NCBI GenBank assembly: GCA_965222375.1
Contig: CBDCTZ010000016.1
Coordinates: 1,024,001-1,088,000, forward strand
Source: Polyangiaceae bacterium
GTDB lineage: Bacteria; Myxococcota_A; Polyangia; Polyangiales; Polyangiaceae
Length of the DNA stretch: 64,000 bases
Reading direction: 5' to 3'
Under the pieces are notes generated by a model, which was not told the origin of the DNA, made no database searches, and saw only the letters and a program-made list of their open reading frames with translations. The stretch's first letter is position 1; every line of letters begins with the position of its first letter. Positions 29,582-40,197 of the stretch are shown here, piece by piece. The position numbers and the translations under genes were made by a program.

Positions 29582-31061
29582 CGTCTCTCCCAATACCGTC
29601 GTAGTCGCTGAGTGAATGCGGGGTGACGACCGGGCCTTGCACGCGGTCGTCGTCGGGAAGATGTCGCCCCACGGGTGGAGGGGTGCCGCGCTCGTAGCGG
29701 CGTCGCTCCAGGACGTGGTGCACAGCCGCAAGGTGTGGTGTGCCGAGTTGCACAACCTCGGCCAGCGCAGCTTCCAGCTCCGCGGCCCCAACTCGGTCCA
29801 GCTGCTTGAGCATCGCAATCGTCGCGCCGCCCAAGTTCTTGCCCTGCTCGGCCAGCACTTTGAAAAGCTTTCGGGAAGATGGCGCCGCGTGATGCAAGCG
29901 ATCAAGGCCGCGATGCGCGTGGGCTTGCCGTTTCCACTCTGCAAGCGCCGCAATGTGTGCCGGCTCCTCGATCGCCTGACGGCGATCCCAGCACCGGGCG
30001 TGCTCCGCGATGGTGTCTTCACCGTCGAGGACACGCACGGTCGTCATGCTTGCCACCACGGTGAGGCTCCTGCGTGTATGCGTTGCCGGAATGGAGTAGT
30101 CGTTCAGGTCGAAACGCACGTAGGGCGTCTTGCCCACGGCAACCTCGATGCGCTCGTCGGTCAAAAATGGATTGCTCGGTAGCTCCAACAGACGCGGCTT
30201 CTCTTCGGCGAAGGCCTCCGAGACGTTCAGGGTCTCATCCTCGGGACAACGACGCTCCGCCGCAGTGCCCAGGCACCAGTCGAGTGCTTGCTCATTCAGA
30301 TCGTCGAGATCGCGATACTCGCGTGCGGCGAAGAAGCTGGATCTGATGTAGCGGATCGCGCGCTCGACGCGGCCCTTCTCATTGCCGCGTGCCACCGCGA
30401 CTGGGCGTGGCTCGTAGCGATAGTGGCCAGCTAACTCCAGCAGCGTGGGGTGAAAACGGATCGCATCGCCCTTGCGCTCCAGCACCGCACTCTTGAGATT
30501 GTCGTACAGCAGGACCCGTGGAACGCCTGCCCAGAAATCAAACGCAGACACATGCCCGTGAAGAAAACTCGACATGTTGGCGTTCAGGTAGAAGCGTAGA
30601 AACACCATCCGCGACCAGCTGAGCACCATCACAAATGCCATCAGCTGCCGGCTCGCTCGCCCAACTGAAAGAGTCCCGAAATGCGCCCAATCCACTTGGC
30701 CCTGTTCGCCAGGCAGCGTGCGCAAACGCATGTACGCTTCCGCTGTTGGTCGCGGTCTGTGTCGAGCGACGATGCGGCGAAAATGATCTGAGCCGCCCTG
30801 GTAGCCCCGCTCTTTCGCCATCGCGTAAACGCGGATCGCCGGCAGCTTCGGGTACTGCGCCAGCGTCTCGATGATCAGTGGGACGTAGGGATCGGTAATT
30901 GACGGACGCAGACTCCGGGACACCGTGTCGACCCCGGCGTCTCGCAGGACACGCCGCACCGTGCCGTGGTGGATGCCAAGCTGCTGGGCAATCGTCCCGA
31001 TCTTCCACTTCTCCGCGTGGTACAGCCGGAGGATTTCGGCTCTGCGCTCCTTGCTGATCAC
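29550..31061 (-). CDS. istA: IS21 DDE transposase
   Basis: N-terminal [30 protein letters not shown]. Confidence 0.94.
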   Translation of the reverse strand: MISKERRAEILRLYHAEKWKIGTIAQQLGIHHGTVRRVLRDAGVDTVSRSLRPSITDPYVPLIIETLAQYPKLPAIRVYAMAKERGYQGGSDHFRRIVARHRPRPTAEAYMRLRTLPGEQGQVDWAHFGTLSVGRASRQLMAFVMVLSWSRMVFLRFYLNANMSSFLHGHVSAFDFWAGVPRVLLYDNLKSAVLERKGDAIRFHPTLLELAGHYRYEPRPVAVARGNEKGRVERAIRYIRSSFFAAREYRDLDDLNEQALDWCLGTAAERRCPEDETLNVSEAFAEEKPRLLELPSNPFLTDERIEVAVGKTPYVRFDLNDYSIPATHTRRSLTVVASMTTVRVLDGEDTIAEHARCWDRRQAIEEPAHIAALAEWKRQAHAHRGLDRLHHAAPSSRKLFKVLAEQGKNLGGATIAMLKQLDRVGAAELEAALAEVVQLGTPHLAAVHHVLERRRYERGTPPPVGRHLPDDDRVQGPVVTPHSLSDYDGIGRDDDDNDDERSG

Positions 31062-31408
31062 CGCGCACCTCGTCCACGCATGCGACGAAAGTCACCCACG
31101 CCTCGTAGGCGCTTTGGGCGGGCGCGGCCGGCGACCTCGTACTGCACGAGTTGGCTTTCCCCGGGCCATAGCTCGTCGCCAAACAGCCCCGAGTCGAGCC
31201 AACTTGGGCAGTTCTGCTCCGCAGTAATCGCAACGCAGAGCTTCGCCCCGCTCCACAGCGCGAGCCCTTCGAGCAATGTCAGAAGAGCGCGAGGGTGAGA
31301 CGGTCGCAGCGACAGCCTCGCTTTCAGCACATCCCCTTGTTCCGGAGACGTCACCAGAAGCTGCATCTCCGTTTTCGAAACCTGAAGCTGGGCTGTCAGA
31401 CGCATCAT
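31058..31408 (-). CDS. IS-borne small hypothetical protein
   Basis: Stop overlaps the istA start (GTGA); DVLKARL...[17 protein letters not shown]. Confidence 0.7.
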   Translation of the reverse strand: MMRLTAQLQVSKTEMQLLVTSPEQGDVLKARLSLRPSHPRALLTLLEGLALWSGAKLCVAITAEQNCPSWLDSGLFGDELWPGESQLVQYEVAGRARPKRLRGVGDFRRMRGRGAR

Positions 31409-31720
31409 TGGGGTTAGCCTCGAGGACGGCGTGCCGTGCCGCCTCACTCTCGGGTCCACTGCTGCGCCCGCTGGCGTCTAATGACGAGGGGTGATGCGTC
31501 ACTTTTTCTCGCCGCCGCGCCCGGTGACGGGCTTGTCGCTCTGCGTGAAGCCGCGCTCCACGGCGCGTGCGCTGGTACCGAGCCCCCGCCTCTCGCACGC
31601 TTTGGCTGCGACTTATTGAAGCGCAGTCACTGCTGCAATACAGCTGCCCTCGGTCGCAACGTTGGCAAAGCTTCACCTGGCCGTGGCACCGCTGACAGTT
31701 GAAAAGCCGGAACGAATCGC
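31092..31720 (-). CDS. IS-borne Cys-rich, Arg-rich hypothetical protein (start and true 3' extent uncertain)
   Basis: In-frame SFRLFNCQRCHGQVKLCQRCDRGQLYCSSDC...RYQRTRRGARLHAERQARHR. Confidence 0.55.
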
Positions 31721-32361
31721 TGATCGCGGACTCCGCCCAGCAGTTTTCTGGATCCGTACGCCGCTATCAGCGATGCTTGCGCCACAACTGATCGCGGTTG
31801 GAAAGGCTCGGGTTGCGCCCCGGGCCTTTCATCTATCTGGGCATCGAGATCATCCAAGCGCCCACCCGACCGGGCCCAATTTCACGCGCTCTATCCGACG
31901 GCGTAAATCCGGGCATCACTCACGCGCAAATATGGGCACCTCCGCCATGCCGCCCACTTAGACGCCGTTTCGGATGCCCGTTGACAGACGTGTGATGCAC
32001 AGCAGCGCTGCTCCTGTGGGCGCAAGAAGTTGGTCGCACAGGGTGGCTCTGGCGGAGGTTGCCCTCCGGGTGGACCCTGCGGTGAAGGCGGGCTCTACAC
32101 CGTGAGTCAGTGCGTCAACGTATGCGGTGGCACTGCCGATACCCAGGCCGGCGTGTGCTGGCTGTCATGCTGATGCCGGGCGCTCTGCAACTACCATATC
32201 CTCGGACAACTCGATGAAGGCGCGCGCCGAAGGCGGCGCCTCGAAGAGGTAGGCAAGGCTGCCACTAGGCAAGGTTGCCTACCTCGGGTCATCGGATGGC
32301 GAGCCAGTGCTTTCGACAATTGGTGTTTGGTCTGCCGAGCTGCTCGAAAACGACGGCGCGA

Positions 32362-32390
32362 TTGACCGAATATGTACGCAGTCATAGACT
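32362..32390 (+). promoter_or_regulatory. Sigma-70-like promoter of the antitoxin-vapC operon
   Basis: TTGACC-17 bp-TAGACT, 7 nt upstream of ATG 32398. Confidence 0.6.
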
Positions 32391-32397
32391 TCAACAA

Positions 32398-32646
32398 ATG
32401 AAAGCACTCACAATCCGCAATGTGGACAAGGCTTTGGCCCAGGCGTTGGAGCGTGAGCGACGTCAGCGAGACACCTCGCTCAACGAGACGGTGCTCAATC
32501 TGTTGCGGCGTGCACTTGGGGTGTCGGCTGAGCCGCGTAGCAATGGGTTATGCAAGTTCGCGGGGACTTGGTCGCAGGCGGAGTTCGAACGGTTTGAGGA
32601 CGACACGGCGGTCTTCGAGCAGATCGACGAAGAGCTTTGGTCGTGA
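32398..32646 (+). CDS. Ribbon-helix-helix (FitA/VapB-like) antitoxin
   Basis: MKALTIRNVD...SLNETVLNLL; GTGA overlap with the PIN gene. Confidence 0.82.
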   Translation: MKALTIRNVDKALAQALERERRQRDTSLNETVLNLLRRALGVSAEPRSNGLCKFAGTWSQAEFERFEDDTAVFEQIDEELWS

Positions 32647-33041
32647 AGCTCTGCCTCGACACGTCAGCGTACAGTCGGTTCAAGCGCGGGGAGCTTCAGG
32701 TGGTGGAGGTCCTCGACTCCGCGACCTGGGTTGGTGTTCCCGCGATCGTGTTGGGGGAGCTTCGAGCGGGCTTTGCGCTGGGGCGCAAAGCGAAGGAAAA
32801 CGAGCGACAGCTCGCGGCCTTTCTTCGGCACCCGGTCGTCGAGGTTCTCGACGTGGACGACGCCGCGACTCGCGTCTACGCCGACATCGTGGTGGCGCTG
32901 CGAAAGGCGGGGACGCCTCTGCCCGCGAACGACATTTGGATCGCCGCGGTGGCTGGCAGCGTCGGCGCGAGCGTGCTCACCTTTGATGCGCACTTCACGG
33001 CGATCACGCGCGTGGGCGCAGTCATTCTGAACCCGGGTTGA
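32643..33041 (+). CDS. vapC: PIN-domain toxin
   Basis: LDTSAY, VLGEL, NDIWIAA, LTFDAHF. Confidence 0.92.
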   Translation: MKLCLDTSAYSRFKRGELQVVEVLDSATWVGVPAIVLGELRAGFALGRKAKENERQLAAFLRHPVVEVLDVDDAATRVYADIVVALRKAGTPLPANDIWIAAVAGSVGASVLTFDAHFTAITRVGAVILNPG

Positions 33042-33125
33042 GTTCTTCGTGAGGTTCGTCGCGACAGGGCGCACTGCCCCCACGTGCGCTTCCCCGAGAG
33101 TAGAGGACCATGGCCGCCGGTGATG

Positions 33126-33181
33126 CCCCGTCGGGTATTACCCCTTCGGGTATCGCGAAGCGCGTCACAAGCGCGTCGACC
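33126..33181. repeat. 56-bp dispersed palindromic repeat, copy B
   Basis: Near-identical to 2413..2468. Confidence 0.8.
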
Positions 33182-33257
33182 CACGCCAAACATTTGACGA
33201 CTGTGCGCGATCTTCGGCCGCCGCTGCAACGATCCGCCGGTATGATAGCCTAGGTAC

Positions 33258-33491
33258 ATGAACGATGATGCCGTCGCGAGGCGTCGCGCCCGCGGCAATT
33301 GGACGATTCGCCGTGTCTCCCTGGGTGACCGGAGCGCGGATGCTAGCGACATTATCGTCGGCGCGAGCCCGTCAGAATTGGTGGCCATGGTGCACCAGCT
33401 CACCCTCGACGCATGGTCAATGGCAGGCCGAGAGCTGCCCGACTACCCGCGCAGCCAAGCGGCGGGTCGTGTCGTTCGCCCCGAGAAATGA
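33258..33491 (+). CDS. Small hypothetical protein coupled to nucleotidyltransferase
   Basis: 77 aa; ATGA overlap with the next gene. Confidence 0.65.
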   Translation: MNDDAVARRRARGNWTIRRVSLGDRSADASDIIVGASPSELVAMVHQLTLDAWSMAGRELPDYPRSQAAGRVVRPEK

Positions 33492-33955
33492 GCCGCGCGG
33501 AACTCAACGAGGACTTCCGCGACATGCTCGCGGCGCTTGCGGATGCAAATGTCGAGTTTCTGGTCGTTGGTGCCCATGCTCTGGCAGCGCATGGCTTGCC
33601 GCGAGCCACTGGCGACTTCGACATCCTGGTGCGACCGTCGAAAGCGAACAGCCAGCGTTTGATGCGCGCTCTGGAGATCTTCGGCGCGCCCACGGACGCG
33701 CATGGGATTTCGTCGGCGGACTTTGAAGTCCCCGACGTCGTCTACCAGATTGGCCTTCCACCGCGACGTATCGACCTTCTGACTTCCATCAGCGGCGTGA
33801 CCTTCGACGATGCATGGGCGACACGATTGCGGGTTGAGGTTCAGGGCCAATCGTTCTCCGTCCTGGGGAGGGATGCGCTGATCGCCAACAAGCGCGCCGC
33901 CGGCAGGGACAAGGATCTGCTCGACGTGAAAGCGCTCGAGGGTTCTGTCAAGTAG
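33488..33955 (+). CDS. Nucleotidyltransferase-family protein
   Basis: FLVVGAHAL..HG.PRATGDFD, NKRAAGRDKDLLD. Confidence 0.85.
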   Translation: MSRAELNEDFRDMLAALADANVEFLVVGAHALAAHGLPRATGDFDILVRPSKANSQRLMRALEIFGAPTDAHGISSADFEVPDVVYQIGLPPRRIDLLTSISGVTFDDAWATRLRVEVQGQSFSVLGRDALIANKRAAGRDKDLLDVKALEGSVK

Positions 33956-33959
33956 CGCG

Positions 33960-35443
33960 CTACTTGCCCTTGCACTCTGGGTAGGCTTTTTCCCAGCGCT
34001 GGGTGTAGCCGGGCTCCTGGAGCGCCTTGAGGTTGCGGCCGCGGCGCTTGATGCTCTCGCGGGCGAGCTTCTTGCCCTCGGCGCACTTGCCGGCTTTGGC
34101 GAGGCACTCGCCGGCGTTGCCGATGGCGGTCCAGGCTCCTTTGAGCGTGCGGTCACGGTCCAAGCGGGCCGTCATGTCCTGCTTGCCTGACTTCTTGGGG
34201 GCCTTGTCCAATTCGGCCATGAGTCGCTTGGCGATGCTGGCGCATTGTCCGGGCTGCTTCTTGGTCCAGGCGAAGTACATGTCGCGGGAAAGGCGATCGA
34301 TGCGGTCCCAGGCGCTCAGCTGATCTACGGGGCAGAAGTTCTTGGCGCTGGTGTTGACCATGTCGTCGTAGAGCTTCGCACTCAGGCCGGGGCTCTGAGC
34401 CTGGCGTGATTTGCGTAGGTGCAGCTTGCCGCTCTTGCAGTCGCCGGTGAGCATTTCGCATGTGGCGCGGAGCCACAGTAGCGCTTTGGGATTGGTGGAG
34501 ATGCGGGTGGGATCGGGATCGATCTTGTCCGCTTCGTTCAAGTCCGCAAGGCAGCCTGCGCCGTCCTTCAGCTGGGCCTTCTCTTGCGCCGAGTTGCGCA
34601 GCTTGCCCGCCTGCATCATCGGCGTGCCGTCCAGATCGAGCTCCTTGTTGGCAGGTGGGCCTGCGCCTCGTCGCACCGGGCCCTGGCCGTCTTTGATCGC
34701 GACGAGCGCCAAGCGGATCGGCACTTTGCATTTGTCGCTCTCCGCGGCGGTGGTGCCGGTGCAAGCTTTCAGCTCGCCTGCGCGCTTGGCGGTTTTGGTG
34801 GAACGGCGGCTTTCGCCACCCACGCCGACGCCTTGCACGTTGGCGCCCGCGGCATCTCGCGCAGCCTCCGACGCGTTGATGCAAAGGCGCCCAGGTTGTA
34901 CGCCTTGACGAAGTGGGTCGCTTCGGTGCAGCCCGGATTGTCTTTGAGAGCGCCGCGGTACATCGAGCCGCGAGTCGCCGTTGCCACGCCGCTCACGTAG
35001 TACTCGATGTCCAGGCTGACGCCGCGCTCGACTTCACCGCCAAAGGTGGCGACGCCCAGGGGCAGCTTGGCGTAGAGCTCGGCGCTGTCGGCGATGCTGA
35101 TCTTCTCGACGGCGCCACTGGTCCAGCTGGGCGGGCCGTAGCTGCCATAGCGCCCGGGCACGGAGTCGTCGGAGCACGAGTCGATGACGCGCAGCTCGCA
35201 GCCCTCGTAGCGCACGAACACGATGTCGCGAGCCGCGCGGTTTTCGAAGGTCGCAATGTCCGTGGCGTCCCACTCCACGATGAAGGGCCGATCGTGGGCG
35301 TCGGCCTGGCATTTGTTCTTGCCGGCGAAGGTCGAATCCATGGCGTCCTGTTTCGTCGGCATCCGCGGCGCTCCACCACAGCCGCTCAAGGCGAGCGCAA
35401 CAAAGCCCAAGGTCACAGCACCCACCAACGCGCGTCGACGCAT
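33960..35443 (-). pseudogene. Lipoprotein split by an apparent 1-bp deletion near 34880
   Basis: Lipobox LSGC; frame ...AYNLGAF continues as INASEAARDAAGANVQGVG in the neighbouring frame. Confidence 0.7.
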
Positions 35444-35481
35444 GCCGCGAGAATTAGCACCAAATCGACGCGCGGTCAGTC

Positions 35482-35760
35482 GCACCAAATACGCACGGAT
35501 CAAGTAGTTCAGCGCCAGCGCGCGGAATTGCAAAACGAGCCCGCGCCTTTCTCAAAGCCGCACAACTGGCGCACGGCCCGCCAGCGCACCATGTCCGCAC
35601 TGATCAAGTAATTCAGCGCTGCCTCGCGGAATCGCAGAACCGGCCCGCGCACCATGTCCGCACTGATCAAGTAGTTCAGCGCTACCCCGCGAAAACGCAG
35701 AACTGGCCCGCACCAATTCCGCACTGATCAAGTAATTCAGCGCTACCCAGCGAAATCGCA
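35482..35760. repeat. ~61-63-bp intergenic repeat cluster (4 copies)
   Basis: Core gatcaagtaRttcagcgc...gcggaatcgcagaac; units start at ~35482, 35586, 35649 and 35710. Confidence 0.85.
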
Positions 35761-35764
35761 AGGC

Positions 35765-37336
35765 CTACGGACAGAGCCGTGCGTGGCGCAGGAGATCCGA
35801 CACGCTGCCCCCGGAAAACACGGTCTTGGCGTAGGCCAAATGCAGTGCACCGTCCGGCGCGAGCGCTGCCGACGTCGATGCGCCGACGCTGCCCTGAGTG
35901 TCGATGCTGGAGACCGCCCAGCTGCTGCCCTTGGGCAAGACGGCGTACTTGAGATCGCTGCCATTCGACGTGTAGTAGCCGATGTGGATGGCGCCGTTCG
36001 GATCGACCACGAGGGGTGCGTAGCGACCGGTGGAAGAGCTGGAGGCGTCGACGGTCTTGTGCGACCAGGTGCCGTTCGGTGCGCGATAGGAGTACTTGAG
36101 TCCGAAGTTGTGCCGCGCGATGTGCACGCCGCCGGACGCGTCGACACCGATGCTCGTATACTCACCGTCGGTGCCGGGGGCCGGTGGGGTGGTGGTCGAG
36201 TACGCCGTGACGAGCTGGGTCGTGAAGCTGCCGCCCTTGGGGCGACGGGCGTAGCGCAGATCCTTGTGGGTCACATCGCGATAGGCGATGTGCACGGTGC
36301 CGGTGGCGCCGACCGCGATTGAAGTGTGCTCACCGACGTCACCCGCCGTGTCGATGGGGGTGAACTTCCAACTGCCGCCTTTTGGACGCTCCGCGAGCTT
36401 CAAGTCGCCATTGTCGATGTCGTGGTAGCTGATGAACACGCCTCCGGCCGCGTCCAGGGCTAGCGCGGTGTCGCTGCCTACGGTGCCCGCTGAGTCTACG
36501 GTTTCGATGTTCCAAGCCTGGCCCTTGGGCCGCCGTGCATATCGCAGATCGCCGCGAGATGCGTCGAAGTAGGACACGTGCAAGTTGCCGCTGCCATCGA
36601 CTGTTAGGGATGCATCGGCGCCGACGGTGCCGACTTGCGTTCCGATGGGCGTTTGCACATCGCCGCTGTCGATGAGGGTCGAGCTCCAACTCTTGCCGTT
36701 CGCGCTTTCGACCAAGCGCAGATCGGATTTGCTCTTGGTGGCGTGAGCGATGTAGATGGCGCCACTGCCATCGACGGCGATGGAGGTGTGTAGGCCCGTG
36801 CCGGTGATGGTCTCGAACTTGTCGTTGCAGGCAGGGGCGCCACCGCTTCCGGAGCTGCCGCCGGTACTCGTGCTTCCACCAGTACTCGTTGTGCCGCCAG
36901 TACTCGTCGTTCCGCCGGTGCTCGTTGTCCCGCCGGTACTGGTGCTTCCACCAGTACTCGTTGTGCCGCCAGTACTCGTGCTTCCTCCCGTACTGGCTGC
37001 CCCGCCGGACCCGACGCTTCCGCCGGTGCTCGTTGCTCCGCCGGACCCACTGCTGCCCGACGTTCCGCCTGACGACGTGCTGCCCGCGGTGCCTCCCGAG
37101 CTGCTGCCCGCTGTTCCGGACGTTCCGCCCGACGACGTGCTGCCCGCTGCGCCTCCCGAGCTGCCGCCCGACGTGCCCGCGAATCCACCGCCGTTCCCGG
37201 TTCCTGCGGCTCCAGCGCGCGCACCGGTGCCGGCGTCGGTCGCGCCGGTGCCGCCCGTGCCCAACCCCGACGAGTCATCCCCGCCGCAGCCAACCGTCAC
37301 CAGGGTTCCAAGAAAAAGCAGGGATTTGTAGCGCAC
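35765..37336 (-). CDS. Gly/Ser/Thr-rich lipoprotein with repeated beta-propeller domain
   Basis: Lipobox TVGC, (STGGTT)n linker, repeated SIAVD..G..HI.Y....DL.YA blades. Confidence 0.85.
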   Translation of the reverse strand: MRYKSLLFLGTLVTVGCGGDDSSGLGTGGTGATDAGTGARAGAAGTGNGGGFAGTSGGSSGGAAGSTSSGGTSGTAGSSSGGTAGSTSSGGTSGSSGSGGATSTGGSVGSGGAASTGGSTSTGGTTSTGGSTSTGGTTSTGGTTSTGGTTSTGGSTSTGGSSGSGGAPACNDKFETITGTGLHTSIAVDGSGAIYIAHATKSKSDLRLVESANGKSWSSTLIDSGDVQTPIGTQVGTVGADASLTVDGSGNLHVSYFDASRGDLRYARRPKGQAWNIETVDSAGTVGSDTALALDAAGGVFISYHDIDNGDLKLAERPKGGSWKFTPIDTAGDVGEHTSIAVGATGTVHIAYRDVTHKDLRYARRPKGGSFTTQLVTAYSTTTPPAPGTDGEYTSIGVDASGGVHIARHNFGLKYSYRAPNGTWSHKTVDASSSSTGRYAPLVVDPNGAIHIGYYTSNGSDLKYAVLPKGSSWAVSSIDTQGSVGASTSAALAPDGALHLAYAKTVFSGGSVSDLLRHARLCP

Positions 37337-37425
37337 GAAGATGCTCCTCTCCCTACCCAGAGGCCCTACGGCCACCGAGTTTGCAGAAAAAGTCCACCTT
37401 GGCGACCTGGTTCCACACAGCTCAG

Positions 37426-37620
37426 CCCGCACCCAATTCAGCGCCACCCCGCGCAATCGCAACACCAGCCCGCACCGGTCTCAACGCGGCACAGCTAGCG
37501 CACAGCGCGCAATCGCACCAACTCCGCCCTAACCAAGTAATTCAACGCCGCCCCGCGGAATCGCAGAACAGCCCGCGCGGATCAAGCAATTCAGCGCCAC
37601 TCCGCGCAATCACAGAACAA
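37426..37620. repeat. Degenerate copies of the 35.5-kb repeat family (3)
   Basis: aattcaRcgcc...cgcg.aatcRcagaac cores at ~37435, 37533 and 37580. Confidence 0.7.
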
Positions 37621-38886
37621 TCAATCCGCGGGATAGAAGATCTCGAGGGCGCCCTGCTTGCCCTTCACCTCCTCGGGCGGGGCGGCTTCGAAAGAAGTCG
37701 GCTCGGCGAGCCGCTCGAGGGTGGCGCGGGAAACGAGCAGTGGTTTACCCACCTTCTTAGTCAACCCTTCGATGCGTGAGGCGGTGTTCACGGTGTCACC
37801 AATCACTGTGTACTCGCGTCGTCGCGGGGAGCCGACATCGCCCACGATGGCGTCGCCGCTGTGGATACCGATGCCGATGGCCAAGGGTGGCTCTCCCCGC
37901 GACTCGCGAGCGGCGTTGAGCGCTTTGAGGTCCGTGAGCATGTGCTGGGCGCAATCCACGGCCCGTTGCGCATGCTGGGGATCCTCGAGGGGCGCGCCGA
38001 AGTAAGCCAAGATGCCGTCGCCGAGGAACTTGTCCAAGGTGCCACCGTGCTCGAAGACGATGTCGACCATGCGGGTGAGGTACTCGTTGAGCCAGCGCAC
38101 GAGGAGCTCGGCGTCCAGCTTCGTCGACATGGCAGTGAAGCCACGAATGTCCGAAACCAACACGGTGATGTTGCGGCGCTCGCTGGTGGGTCCCGGGCTG
38201 CCTGCGGCCTGAATGCGAGCGGCGACGGCTGGCGCAAAGTAACGCTCGAAACGACTGCGGGCGGCTCGATTGGCCGAAACGCTCTCCACCAAGCGAGTGA
38301 CCCGTGCAATGCCCGCAAGGCTGACCCACAGGGTCATGCTCAGCACGATGAACGCTACGCCACGCACCCCAGACTTGTCGAGCCCGGCCGCATACAGCAA
38401 CCAAGTCTCCAATACGATGGCGACACAAGCTGTGGCCACGACGGCTCGGCGATCGAGCGACAGCAACGAAAGCGCCACGAAGAGCACATGCACGCCGAGG
38501 GTGGCGACCGAGGCCGACGCCTTGTCTGCGAGCTCGGGCATGCTGTTCACGGTGTTCAGCATGACGAAGTGCACCGCTGGCACGTCCACAAAAGGGATCG
38601 CGAAGTAGCCAGTGCGGTTCAGCCGAGGAAAGCGCCGGGTCACGAAGGCCAGGACCACGGAATAGGCGAGCAAACCGAGGATACCCGGCAGCTGAGCGCG
38701 CCAACCCGAGTACTTGAAGGCGAGGCTCATGACCAACGCAAGACCAAGCCAGGCCAAGATCAATGCGACGCGCACCCATACGGTTCGAGCGACGAAGCGC
38801 TCGCGCTCCCGGTCGAGCTCGTAGGCGAAACTGCGCTCGGCCAGCGCTGCGCCTTGGGAGACGATCGGTGCCCGAGCCGCAGCCAT
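37621..38886 (-). CDS. Membrane adenylate/guanylate cyclase (class III)
   Basis: TM helices, [29 protein letters not shown]. Confidence 0.93.
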   Translation of the reverse strand: MAAARAPIVSQGAALAERSFAYELDRERERFVARTVWVRVALILAWLGLALVMSLAFKYSGWRAQLPGILGLLAYSVVLAFVTRRFPRLNRTGYFAIPFVDVPAVHFVMLNTVNSMPELADKASASVATLGVHVLFVALSLLSLDRRAVVATACVAIVLETWLLYAAGLDKSGVRGVAFIVLSMTLWVSLAGIARVTRLVESVSANRAARSRFERYFAPAVAARIQAAGSPGPTSERRNITVLVSDIRGFTAMSTKLDAELLVRWLNEYLTRMVDIVFEHGGTLDKFLGDGILAYFGAPLEDPQHAQRAVDCAQHMLTDLKALNAARESRGEPPLAIGIGIHSGDAIVGDVGSPRRREYTVIGDTVNTASRIEGLTKKVGKPLLVSRATLERLAEPTSFEAAPPEEVKGKQGALEIFYPAD

Positions 38887-39216
38887 CCGGCACGCACTCT
38901 AGCCCACCGCGGTCGGAGCCGCGACTGGGCTCAAACCTGCGGACTCGCCGGATAGCCTCCCGAATCGCAGACCCAACGTCCAAGAGTGTCTGTGTCGAAG
39001 TTGAGCTCGGCCTGGATGCCCTCGACTCCCCCTGACATTGGCGTCAGGACGTGAATGAACGACTGGTCTCGGTTGTGACCGCATGGTCACGCCGTTTTCG
39101 CGTCCCCGCGCCTTTGCTCAAAAACCCCGCAATTACTGCAGTTGCACCTACATCGGCTCCTTGACGCGCCCCCGGCACGCCAAGTGCACTTGAAGGTTCT
39201 CGGAGGTTCGGAAATC

Positions 39217-40056
39217 ATGAAACTACGCCATCTCTTGCCCGCTTTCGTTCTGCCTGTGGCCTTGGCCGCCTGCCCCAACAACAAGAAGGATGAGGACCGC
39301 CTGACCCTGGGGGAAGCAGCCGAAGCGGTCACCGAGATAAGCTTCGCGTCCCAGGCCGAAAACCTGACCTCCGCGAGCGTCGAAATCAGCACGAACTTCA
39401 CCATCGGCCAGGCCGTCGAGAATGCGGCGCAGGAGATCAAGACCTTCGTCGCCTCCCAGCTACCCTGCGCCCAGATCACCCTGGAAAAGGCCAAGCTGAC
39501 CATCGTCTACGGCGCCCTGCCCGGCAACTGCACCTACAAGGGGCACAAGTTCGAAGGTTCCCACTCGGTTTCGGTCAAGGCCAACGACGACGCTCAGGTG
39601 CTAGTGCACCACGAGTGGACGGCGTTTTCGAACGGCAAGGTGACCGTCGACGGCACTGCGGACGTGACCTGGGATCTGTCGGAAAAGAGCCGCCGCGTCG
39701 AGCACACGGCCACTTGGACCCGCAATTCGGATCAGTACATGGTGACCGGCAGCGGTGACCGCACCCAGTCCTTGCTCGAAGGTGGTCTCTTGGAAGGCAT
39801 CCAGGTCGACGGCTCCCGCAACTGGAAGACTCCGCGCGGCGAGTGGGATCTCGCCATCGACAAGGTTCAGATGCGCTGGATCGATCCGGTTCCGCAGTCG
39901 GGCAGCTACAAGCTCGTGACGCCGAAGGGCCAGTTCCTCTCGCTTTCCTTCGACCGCGTGGACGAGGACACCATCAAGGTGACCGTCGCCAGCAAGAATG
40001 GAAGCTTCACCTTCAACGTGAACAAGATCGGATCGGTGAACAATACCGACGGTTGA
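39217..40056 (+). CDS. Hypothetical lipoprotein
   Basis: Lipobox LAAC, strong codon bias, GGAGG upstream. Confidence 0.8.
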   Translation: MKLRHLLPAFVLPVALAACPNNKKDEDRLTLGEAAEAVTEISFASQAENLTSASVEISTNFTIGQAVENAAQEIKTFVASQLPCAQITLEKAKLTIVYGALPGNCTYKGHKFEGSHSVSVKANDDAQVLVHHEWTAFSNGKVTVDGTADVTWDLSEKSRRVEHTATWTRNSDQYMVTGSGDRTQSLLEGGLLEGIQVDGSRNWKTPRGEWDLAIDKVQMRWIDPVPQSGSYKLVTPKGQFLSLSFDRVDEDTIKVTVASKNGSFTFNVNKIGSVNNTDG

Positions 40057-40197
40057 TGGGCTGGGTTTGGGGTCGAGCGCTGTGGCGTCCCTGGATCCCT
40101 AATCCCTCGCCGCAGCACGCTGCCCGCCCCACCACGAACTTCGTGTGTGGGGCTTGGCGTTCTGGTCGGCTTCCCGACCGGCACCCGCGCGCCTCCT

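Larger units (their letters stand above)
28775..31986 (-). mobile_element. IS21-family element with two passenger ORFs
   Basis: TG...CA ends (tgttagcggtcat / inverted tgtcaacgggcat), shared sub-terminal gcgtctaagtgggc, 6-bp target duplication GACGTG at 28769-28774 and 31987-31992; istA-istB. Confidence 0.93.
28170..32173 (+). pseudogene. Cys-rich repeat / truncated PQQ-like propeller gene interrupted by the IS21 element
   Basis: NCGGCGNxC repeats and WQMLGYDGRH...APVIDEGRVYV before the IS; removing the IS and one target copy restores ...CEWGTCDAQQRCSC...VCWLSC-stop at 32173; start unclear. Confidence 0.7.

Noticed and set aside
35482..35760. Short ORFs over the 62-bp repeats, or a CRISPR call
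   Set aside because: ORFs are translations of the repeat; units lack unique spacers
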